Program-made: the position numbers and the translations under genes
The notes under the pieces: model-generated
Seen by the model: only the letters and a program-made list of their open reading frames with translations
Told to the model about the DNA's origin: nothing
The model's database searches: none
Origin: an uncultured Thermococci archaeon
GTDB lineage: Archaea; Methanobacteriota_B; Thermococci; Thermococcales; Thermococcaceae
DNA: 33,208 nt
Assembly (NCBI GenBank): GCA_964487115.1
Contig: CAZAPD010000012.1
Location: forward strand, 1-33,208
Direction of reading: 5' to 3'
Shown here: positions 9,981 to 17,402 of the stretch, one piece after another
Layout: every line of letters begins with the position of its first letter
Position numbering within the stretch: the stretch's first letter is position 1

Positions 9981-10836
9981 TATCATCACCCAAACCATAG
10001 CGGTCAGCTACCTCTTCAATCAGCTTGTTAATTTCTTCCGTAAATTCGGGTCTCTGTCTATTCACGATTTCTCCAATGATAAATTTACCTTCCAGCTCCT
10101 CTGGAGACATTTTTTTGGCTTTGCTCAGCGAAATACTGTTTTTAAGGAACCAGCGGAGCATCTCTGCAGGCTCCTTCATTTTGTTTCTCCTTCCATATTG
10201 AACAGGACACTGAGAAATCACCTCAACAAGAGAGAACCCCTTAACCTGCAGGGCCTTCTTTATGCTGGTTATGAGTTGGTAAATATGTGCCGTTGTCCAT
10301 CTGGCCACATAGCTTGCTCCCGCCGCCGCTACCGTTTCACTTATCTGAAGCGGATGTTCTATGTTCCTGTAGGGAGATGTCGTTGTTATCGCACCGAAAG
10401 GAGTTGTTGGAGCGACCTGTCCCCCTGTCATGCCATAGATAAAGTTGTTGACGAGGATCACAGTTATGTCTATATTCCTTCTTGCTGCATGGAGAAGATG
10501 GTTTCCGCCTATACTCGCTAAATCACCATCCCCGCTTATCACCACAACCTTCTTATCAGGCAGGCCAACCTTAACGCCAGTTGCAAAAGCTATAGCCCTT
10601 CCGTGGGTTGTGTGCAAGGTATCAGCCAAGAAATAGGGTGATGCTATCCAAGCGGAACAGCCAATTCCACTAACGACAACAACGTCCCTTGGATCAAGAT
10701 TGAGCTCATCAAGGGCATTTGCAAAAGCATTGAGAACCGTTCCACCTCCACAGCCAGGACATAAAGCAGTCGGAAGAGCTTCTTTTCTCAGGTATTTAAC
10801 CTTGTCGTACTTGGAGTAAATCTTAACTGCCATCAT
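9970..10836 (-). CDS. korB: 2-oxoacid:ferredoxin oxidoreductase beta subunit (proximal copy)
   Basis: LCPGCG, SGIGCS, HTTHGRA, GDGD, YGMTGGQ, SQCP. Confidence 0.92.
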   Translation of the reverse strand: MMAVKIYSKYDKVKYLRKEALPTALCPGCGGGTVLNAFANALDELNLDPRDVVVVSGIGCSAWIASPYFLADTLHTTHGRAIAFATGVKVGLPDKKVVVISGDGDLASIGGNHLLHAARRNIDITVILVNNFIYGMTGGQVAPTTPFGAITTTSPYRNIEHPLQISETVAAAGASYVARWTTAHIYQLITSIKKALQVKGFSLVEVISQCPVQYGRRNKMKEPAEMLRWFLKNSISLSKAKKMSPEELEGKFIIGEIVNRQRPEFTEEINKLIEEVADRYGLGDDNAD

Positions 10837-12023
10837 GCAACACCCCTTATCTCCCGGAGGATTTCATCAACCCTCAGAGGAACTCCTCCAATCTTGTTGA
10901 CGCCTTTAATTACAATATTGTCATTCACATAACGCTGCACTTCTAAGATAAGCTGTCCAAGGTTCATCTCTGGAACGAGTATTGCTCTAACATTCTTTGA
11001 GAGCTCCTTCATGCGCTTCCCGGGGAAGGGATGGACGGTTTTTGGAACAAATATCCCAGCTCTAATTCCTTCCTCTCTCGCCTTGAGAACTGCTCCAAGG
11101 GAAGGTCTCGCTGAAACACCCCAGCTTACGATAAGAATATCCATATCATCCGTGAAATACTCGTCCCATTTCTGTATTTCCTCTTTATGCTCTTCGATTT
11201 TCCTGTGAATTCTCCTCACAAGCCTGTCATGAACCTCCTGTGTATAGACATCTCTTAGACCATTTTCTTTATGGGTCGAGCCAGTGACATGGGTGAAATA
11301 GCCGCGACCGAAGAGAGGCATTGGAGGAATACCGTCCCCATGAGGATCACCAAAAGGAAGCTTTGCCTCTTTTTCGCTGGCAGGCAATTTACGATAGGTT
11401 ATTTCAACTTCAGAGACATCAGGAATTCTTATCTGCTCTCTTGTATGAGCGATAACACCATCAAAAAGAACGATAACTGGAGTTCTCAGCTTTTCAGCCA
11501 TATTAAACGCCCGGATTGTCTCCCAGAAGGCATCTTCAACACTTACAGGCGAAACCGCTATTATAGGATGATCACCGTGAGTTCCCCATCGTGCTTGGAA
11601 AAAATCTCCCTGAGCTCCCTTTGTTGCTTGACCTGTGGAGGGTCCGCTCCTCTGGACGTCAACCAGAACGAGAGGTGTCTCTGTCATTACAGCATAACCA
11701 AGGTTTTCCTGCATCAGGCTGAAACCGGGGCCGGCTGTTGCAGTCATGACCTTAAAACCTGTCCAAGAAGCCCCTATCATTGCCGCTATACTTCCTATTT
11801 CATCCTCCATCTGGAGGTAGTATCCACGAAGCTTCGGCAGTTCTCTTGCCATAGTTTCAGCTATTTCGCTGGATGGGGTTATTGGATAACCTGCATAAAA
11901 CCTGCAGCCTGCAAAAAGAGCACCATATGCTACAGCTTCATTGCCCTGCATAAAATAGTTGCCCGGCTTGTAGAGCTTCCTCAAGAGCCTGAGCTGTTCA
12001 GGCTCATCACCTCGAATAATCAT
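10833..12023 (-). CDS. korA: 2-oxoacid:ferredoxin oxidoreductase alpha subunit (proximal copy)
   Basis: AGYPITPSS, QMEDE, TATAGPGFSLMQE, QRSGPSTG, EMNLGQ. Confidence 0.93.
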   Translation of the reverse strand: MIIRGDEPEQLRLLRKLYKPGNYFMQGNEAVAYGALFAGCRFYAGYPITPSSEIAETMARELPKLRGYYLQMEDEIGSIAAMIGASWTGFKVMTATAGPGFSLMQENLGYAVMTETPLVLVDVQRSGPSTGQATKGAQGDFFQARWGTHGDHPIIAVSPVSVEDAFWETIRAFNMAEKLRTPVIVLFDGVIAHTREQIRIPDVSEVEITYRKLPASEKEAKLPFGDPHGDGIPPMPLFGRGYFTHVTGSTHKENGLRDVYTQEVHDRLVRRIHRKIEEHKEEIQKWDEYFTDDMDILIVSWGVSARPSLGAVLKAREEGIRAGIFVPKTVHPFPGKRMKELSKNVRAILVPEMNLGQLILEVQRYVNDNIVIKGVNKIGGVPLRVDEILREIRGVA

Positions 12024-12026
12024 GAG

Positions 12027-12284
12027 TCACCACCTTACCGCGATGGCAAAATCCGGGCAGAGAAGCTCACAGAGTTTGCACTTGACGCATTTATCGGCAT
12101 GGATGGGAATAGGGTAATGCACACCTTTTTCACTCAGCTCCTTGCTCCATTCAAAGACTTTCCTTGGGCACATCTCCAAACAGATACCACACCCCTTGCA
12201 GAGAAAAGTGTCGACGTCAATCTCAACTGCTTCTGTTTTTCCAACCACGAGATATTCCTCCTTATGGATTTCGACATCTGCCAT
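12027..12284 (-). CDS. korD: 2-oxoacid:ferredoxin oxidoreductase delta subunit (2x[4Fe-4S] ferredoxin-like)
   Basis: CKGCGICLEMCP and CVKCKLCELLCP; start at ATG 12284 with AGGTGA SD. Confidence 0.92.
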   Translation of the reverse strand: MADVEIHKEEYLVVGKTEAVEIDVDTFLCKGCGICLEMCPRKVFEWSKELSEKGVHYPIPIHADKCVKCKLCELLCPDFAIAVRW

Positions 12285-12497
12285 AATCATCACCTGCAAA
12301 CTGCTGATACTTTTACGTATGTAAAGCATTTAAATCTTTCGCATATTGAAGTTTTTCTCACATATTCGTTTCATGTAAAATTATTCAACAAAAAGAGGGA
12401 ACTAATGCTTCGTTAGGATCTTATTAAGGCGATTTAATGACCATTTTTAGACATGCTTTTTTTGAGATGCCTTTACAAATATAAAGGGCACTGCTAT

Positions 12498-13472
12498 TCA
12501 CCACATAATAAGCTGCCAATCGAGGAGGTTTTCTTGAATTACAAACAACCATTCTTTCCTACATTCATGGTGCAGGTTGATGATATAACCCAACTCTTGC
12601 GTTGCCGAAAACCTCTTGATTGCTCTCCCTATAACCCGATCGTAATCCGTCAGACAATTGTGGGGTCCACGCTTTGAACCTGCTCCAACCGGATCACTTA
12701 AAATTCTCTTGTCTGGAAAACGTTTTTTAGCCCAGATAAGGACCTCAATCGCACTCCAGAGCCATGGTGGGCGGTACTCACCTTTCTCCCAGAGGCGCTC
12801 GTAAAGCGTCCCTTTCTGTATATCCGTGATGTTTATCGAGAAGGTGTCCGTGTATGGCTCGGCCCTGACTATGCTCTCCTTGACGTCCTCCATTCCATTC
12901 CTCTCGCTCATGAAGATGGGCTTGAGGAGGAGGTAGGTTTTAACCTTCGCCCCCGCTTTGTGTGTTATCTCGGCCGCCCTAATGAAGTCCTTGAAAGTGT
13001 TACCCTTGTTTATCGAGACGTCAGCGATGTCGTCGTTTGCCGTTTCGAGGCCGATGGCAACTTCAAAGTGCCTGTCAGGGACTATCTCGGCCAGCTCTCT
13101 AACGGCGTCATAGCGCACCAACTCACTCCTGCTCTCTATCACTACCTCCTCGACGTTCTCCATTCCAGTTAAAAGCTCGAAAATTTTCTCCCTCGTCTCG
13201 GGCTTCAGCTCACCGTTGTCGAGGAAAGAGCCGGAGGTGAACATCCTCACGGCAAAGGGGCCCTTTTTACCCTTGATTTTCTTCAGGGCCTGGCGAACGT
13301 AATCCACTATCGCTTCCTGACTCCACTTTTTCTTAGGCGCAGCTGCTGGATAGGAACACATATAGCAGGCTTTCCCTATTCTAAAGCGATAGCAACCTAC
13401 CGTGGGCAGGATTATGAAGAGGGCCTTACCGGGCTTCCCTGCAACGTTATCCTCACTGATCCAGAATGTCAT
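12498..13472 (-). CDS. Archaeosine biosynthesis radical SAM protein RaSEA (TIGR01210-like)
   Basis: Atypical CX9CX2C motif (GCYRFRIGKACYMCSY), FTSGSFLD, IESR, EVAIGLET, KTYLLLKP, YRPPWLWS, RGPHNC. Confidence 0.88.
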   Translation of the reverse strand: MTFWISEDNVAGKPGKALFIILPTVGCYRFRIGKACYMCSYPAAAPKKKWSQEAIVDYVRQALKKIKGKKGPFAVRMFTSGSFLDNGELKPETREKIFELLTGMENVEEVVIESRSELVRYDAVRELAEIVPDRHFEVAIGLETANDDIADVSINKGNTFKDFIRAAEITHKAGAKVKTYLLLKPIFMSERNGMEDVKESIVRAEPYTDTFSINITDIQKGTLYERLWEKGEYRPPWLWSAIEVLIWAKKRFPDKRILSDPVGAGSKRGPHNCLTDYDRVIGRAIKRFSATQELGYIINLHHECRKEWLFVIQENLLDWQLIMW

Positions 13473-13502
13473 GTTCTCACCAGAGTGCGCTTTGATTGAG
13501 GG

Positions 13503-13530
13503 TTTTTAAATATGTAGGAAAGCTTTTATC
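13503..13530. promoter_or_regulatory. Back-to-back divergent promoters for RaSEA (-) and surE (+)
   Basis: TTTTTAAA (TTTAAAAA on -) at 13503-13510; GAAAGC-TTTTAT at 13518-13529, ~23 nt before the surE ATG with no SD (likely leaderless). Confidence 0.6.
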
Positions 13531-13551
13531 CACGAGCTACAATCTCTAATT

Positions 13552-14328
13552 ATGCAAACTCCACGAATACTGATAACAAATGATGATGGAATCTATTCAA
13601 AGGGAATACGAGCAGCTGTAGATGCCCTCAGAGAACTTGGTGAGGTTTATGTAGTTGCACCCTTATTCCAGAGGAGTGCAAGTGGCAGAGCAATGACACT
13701 CCATAGACCATTGAGAGCAAAGAGGGTAGCATTTAAAGGAACAAAGGCAGCATATGCTCTCGATGGCATGCCTGTCGACTGTGTTATATTTGCTATAGCC
13801 CGCTTCGGAATTTTCGATCTTGCTATAAGTGGAATAAATCTCGGTGAGAATCTCAGCACAGAAATAACAGTCTCTGGGACAGCTTCTGCCGCAATTGAAG
13901 CTGCTACACACGAAATTCCCAGTATAGCGATAAGTCTTGAGGTTGACTGGAGAAAAACTTTGGGAGATGGTCAGGGAATAGATTTCTCAATCGCTTCTCG
14001 ATTCCTCAGAAGGATAGCAGGGGCAGTTCTTAGGAAGGGCCTCCCAGAGGGTGTTGATATGCTCAACGTGAACATACCCTCTGATGCCACCGAAGAAACT
14101 CCCATAGTCCTAACCCGGCTCGCAAGGAGGATGTTTAATCCCACCATCGAGGAGCGCATAGACCCCAAGGGAAATCCATATTATTGGGTCGTCGGGAGGA
14201 GATGCAAAAACTTTGAGCCCGGGACGGATGCTTACGCTCTGAAGGTCGAGAGGAGGGTTAGTGTCACTCCTATAAACATCGACATGACTGCTGAAGTGGA
14301 TTTGAAAAATATTGGGAGAATGTTTTAA
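13552..14328 (+). CDS. surE: 5'/3'-nucleotidase SurE
   Basis: [47 protein letters not shown]. Confidence 0.95.
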   Translation: MQTPRILITNDDGIYSKGIRAAVDALRELGEVYVVAPLFQRSASGRAMTLHRPLRAKRVAFKGTKAAYALDGMPVDCVIFAIARFGIFDLAISGINLGENLSTEITVSGTASAAIEAATHEIPSIAISLEVDWRKTLGDGQGIDFSIASRFLRRIAGAVLRKGLPEGVDMLNVNIPSDATEETPIVLTRLARRMFNPTIEERIDPKGNPYYWVVGRRCKNFEPGTDAYALKVERRVSVTPINIDMTAEVDLKNIGRMF

Positions 14329-15230
14329 GCCTCCCCAAAAATCCTTTCCACAAACCACCTCTCGTCGAAGGGCTTTAAGTCATCATATCCCTGGCCAAGG
14401 CCAATAAAGAGTATCGGCGCTCCAATTGCGTGACTTATGCTTAATGCGGCACCACCACGAGCATCTGCGTCGAGTTTTGTAAGAATGACACCATCTATTT
14501 TCACCGCCTCATTAAACTGTCTTGCCTGTTCTATTATGGCATTTCCAGCCAAGGCATCTCCCACAAAAATTACTAAATCAGGCTTTGCAACCCTAACTAT
14601 CTTTTTCATTTCATCCATGAGGTTTCTGTTCCTTTCATTTCTCCCAGCAGTATCTATGAGGACAACATCTATGCCTCTGGCCTTAGCATGCTCTATTGCA
14701 TCATAGGCAACTGCCGCAGGGTCTGCTCCATATGAATGTTTAACTACTCTAACACCTACCCTTTTAGCGTGTTCTTCCACCTGATCTATCGCCCCGGCCC
14801 TGAAGGTGTCACTGGCAGCTATGACAACACTCAAGCCGTTCTTCTTGAGCCAGTGGGCCAGTTTAGCTATTGTCGTTGTCTTTCCGCTCCCATTAAAGCC
14901 CACGAATGCTATAACAAATGGTTTATCTCCTTTCGATCTTATTGCCTCAAGAAAGTTTAACTTTTTCTCGGGAGTTATAAGCTCAAGAACTGCCTCTCTA
15001 ACGGCATCCTCAACAATCTTCTTTTTATTAGTTCCTATTTTAACCTTCTGCCCTACCAGCTGCTCTTTTATTCTCTCTTTGAGCTCTTCAACTGCCTCAA
15101 GGGCAACATCGGCCTCAAGAAGTTCCAACTCCAGATCCCATAGCGCTTTCTCAACATCTTTCTCGCTTATCTCGGTTTGAGCCACCTTATCAACGAATGA
15201 TCCCAATTTCTCCTTCAGTTTTCCAAACAT
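14325..15230 (-). CDS. ftsY: Signal recognition particle receptor FtsY
   Basis: [44 protein letters not shown]; start MFGKLKE with GGGTGA SD. Confidence 0.95.
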   Translation of the reverse strand: MFGKLKEKLGSFVDKVAQTEISEKDVEKALWDLELELLEADVALEAVEELKERIKEQLVGQKVKIGTNKKKIVEDAVREAVLELITPEKKLNFLEAIRSKGDKPFVIAFVGFNGSGKTTTIAKLAHWLKKNGLSVVIAASDTFRAGAIDQVEEHAKRVGVRVVKHSYGADPAAVAYDAIEHAKARGIDVVLIDTAGRNERNRNLMDEMKKIVRVAKPDLVIFVGDALAGNAIIEQARQFNEAVKIDGVILTKLDADARGGAALSISHAIGAPILFIGLGQGYDDLKPFDERWFVERIFGEA

Positions 15231-15280
15231 GCCATCACCCAATTCACTGAGGGTGTGAAGACTTTAAGGCTTTTCCTATT

Positions 15281-15295
15281 GAAAGCGATATAAAA
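15281..15295 (+). promoter_or_regulatory. BRE/TATA promoter pointing into the intergenic region with no annotated gene
   Basis: GAAAGCGA-TATAAAA; expected start site ~15316-15322. Confidence 0.5.
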
Positions 15296-15424
15296 CTGGC
15301 ATAAACCGCTCAAAGGCCCCCATGATGACCAGCCTGCAGAATCCTCTGAAAAATGCACCGCTCTTTACCCGCTGGGAGGTAATTGCAGGCCTTCTCCTTG
15401 GATATCTGCTTTGAAGAAGAAATA

Positions 15425-15482
15425 GCCCTCAGCGATAGCTGGTGTCATCATATCTCAGACCCGAAACCGCTCTTCATTGGGC
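15425..15482 (-). ncRNA. C/D-box guide sRNA (double guide, 2'-O-methylation; likely 23S rRNA targets)
   Basis: Minus strand: GCCC-A-[C:ATGAAGA]-GCGGTTTCGGGT-[D':CTGA]-GAT-[C':ATGATGA]-CACCAGCTATCG-[D:CTGA]-GGGC; two 12-nt guides, 4-bp terminal stem, 58 nt. Confidence 0.92.
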
Positions 15483-15490
15483 ATTTTTAT

Positions 15491-15949
15491 TTATTTTCGT
15501 CGTATATAACACTTTTTTTCAACGACTTTTCCCTTTTCAAATCTATAAACATCTACCCTCTCAAAACCAACAGTTTCACGCTTGTATGCAATTAAGTAAT
15601 TGATTAATTCTTTAATTCCATAATGTGCTATCGAATCTTTCACGTATTTTCTCTCGTATAGAAGAATCAGCTTATCCTTATTTTCTTCCAGCCAGTTATA
15701 AAGCCTTGCACGTGAATTTTTTGGTCCTGATAGAGGATTTAAAATCAAATATGCGTCAAAGGAGAACCTCTTGTATGGGGATCCTATAAAGAGATTCCTC
15801 CCACTTAACTCAAAGGGCAAATCTTCAGCCAGAACTGTTAAACCTCTATCCAGCCATGATTTTATATATATTCTCCCAAGCTTTTTTGCATCTCCTGTTA
15901 GCAGAACTATTCCTCTCTCAAGATTGGCGATTTCCTTGAGCATATCCAT
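15491..15949 (-). CDS. Hypothetical protein (possible degenerate P-loop/RecA-like alpha-beta fold)
   Basis: 152-aa ORF with normal composition filling the gap; GIVLLTGDAKKLG resembles an eroded Walker A. Confidence 0.7.
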   Translation of the reverse strand: MDMLKEIANLERGIVLLTGDAKKLGRIYIKSWLDRGLTVLAEDLPFELSGRNLFIGSPYKRFSFDAYLILNPLSGPKNSRARLYNWLEENKDKLILLYERKYVKDSIAHYGIKELINYLIAYKRETVGFERVDVYRFEKGKVVEKKCYIRRK

Positions 15950-16070
15950 CGTAAAAAATTCTGCATTGGAGTTAAAATTCTTTCTAAATCTGTGTCATCA
16001 TGAGAAACCATAAAGTATATATTTTGAAAAATCTCTATGCTTCTGAAGAACTTCCAGAGGTGTTTTATAA

Positions 16071-17363
16071 ATGAGGAAAGAGTCACTTGCCTTTTTAATG
16101 ATAGGCCTTCTGGCTCTCAGCATAGTGGCCAGCGGCTGCATAAGTGGCGGAGGAACCACAAGCGAAAAGATAAATATTCTCTACACCTATACGGGTTCAT
16201 TTAGTGATCCAGCTAAGGGTAAGACTGCCGCACAGGCCCAACTCCAGCAAGGTGCATGGGTCATCTACCAAGTCGCCGGTGGAACAGGTCTCGGTGTTTT
16301 CGAAGCAGTTGGTAACTACCTCAAAGCCAACAATAAGAAGATGGGACCACCTTTTGCAATAGGTGTTGATTCAGCCCAAGACTGGATTAAACCGGGAGTT
16401 ATAATCGCAAGCATGATGAAGCGTGTTGACGTCGGTGTCTACAACGCAGTCAAGCAGGCGGAAGAAAATCAATTCAGAGGTGGTGTTGTTGAGCTTGGCC
16501 TCAAGGAGGGTGGCGTTAAGCTCAGCACCATAAAAGACGTTGAGGACATGTTCAATTCACTGCCGGCAGATGTCAGACAGAAGAAGCTTCAAGAGCTGGG
16601 GTTCCAGAATGAACAGCAACTCTTTGAGACTCTGAACAAGACCCGTGCTCAGGTTCCGGATTGGATATGGAAGGCTGTTGAACAGCTCCAGCAAGACATC
16701 ATTAGCGGGAAGATAATCATCCCGAAGGCTACTGATAAAAGCCAGATTGAAGCCCTCAGAAAGAGCACAAGCTTGGACCAGATGGAAAAACTCGCCAAAG
16801 AATGGGCAGCCAGTGCTCCTAAGCCTGAAACTTACTTCAACAAAACCATTAATGAGAGACAGAACACAAAGAAGATAGCAATTGTATATGATATTGGCGG
16901 AAGAGGTGATCTAAGCTTCAACGACATGGCATACATGGGAGCTGAAAGGGCAGCCAAAGACTTTGGACTTCAGCTTACCCAGCTCCAGAGCAACAGCGAG
17001 AACGACTATCTGCCAAACCTAAGAACCCTTGCCAAGAGTGGGCAGTATGATATAATCATTGCTGTAGGATTCATGATGACCAAAGCTGTCAAACAGGTTG
17101 CCGCAGAGTATCCGAAGCAGAGATTCGTTATCATAGATGGTTATGATCCAAAAATGCCGCATAACGTCCAAATGGTTCTCTTTAAAGAAAATGAGGGTTC
17201 TGCTTTGGCAGGAGCATTAGCGACTTTAATAGCACTCAACGACGGCAAGAACACCATCGGTATTGTTCTTGGTATGGAAATCCCGGTTCTATACAAGTTT
17301 GAAGGTGGTTATCGCTTCGGTGCTGATTGGGCACTTAATTATTACAAGCAACACAAACAGTGA
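16071..17363 (+). CDS. BMP-family (PnrA/TmpC-like) ABC substrate-binding lipoprotein, circularly permuted
   Basis: Lipobox VASG-C; all BMP motifs present (GGRGDLSFND, AVGF, IIDG, FKENEGS, GSFSDPAKG, VAGGTGLG, IGVDSAQ, SMMKRVD) but the two halves are in swapped order; GAGGTG SD. Confidence 0.9.
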   Translation: MRKESLAFLMIGLLALSIVASGCISGGGTTSEKINILYTYTGSFSDPAKGKTAAQAQLQQGAWVIYQVAGGTGLGVFEAVGNYLKANNKKMGPPFAIGVDSAQDWIKPGVIIASMMKRVDVGVYNAVKQAEENQFRGGVVELGLKEGGVKLSTIKDVEDMFNSLPADVRQKKLQELGFQNEQQLFETLNKTRAQVPDWIWKAVEQLQQDIISGKIIIPKATDKSQIEALRKSTSLDQMEKLAKEWAASAPKPETYFNKTINERQNTKKIAIVYDIGGRGDLSFNDMAYMGAERAAKDFGLQLTQLQSNSENDYLPNLRTLAKSGQYDIIIAVGFMMTKAVKQVAAEYPKQRFVIIDGYDPKMPHNVQMVLFKENEGSALAGALATLIALNDGKNTIGIVLGMEIPVLYKFEGGYRFGADWALNYYKQHKQ

Positions 17364-17364
17364 A

Positions 17365-17383
17365 TTCCTTCCTTTTTTATTTC
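17365..17383 (+). terminator. Intra-operon oligo-T terminator-like tract after the binding-protein gene
   Basis: TTCCTTCCTTTTTTATTTC immediately after the stop codon. Confidence 0.45.
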
Positions 17384-17402
17384 ACTCTTTGGAGGTGATT
17401 CA

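Noticed and set aside
11271..12416. 381-aa ORF on the + strand
   Set aside because: Antisense shadow of korA/korD; no recognisable motifs and atypical composition
15284..15337. Resemblance to a fluoride (crcB) riboswitch (ATAAACCGC...GATGAC..CCTGC)
   Set aside because: The P1 stem and pseudoknot do not pair, the 5' part is better explained as a TATA box, and no fluoride-related gene follows
15995..16001. C-box-like ATGATGA on the - strand upstream of the 152-aa gene
   Set aside because: No CTGA D/D' boxes at guide spacing
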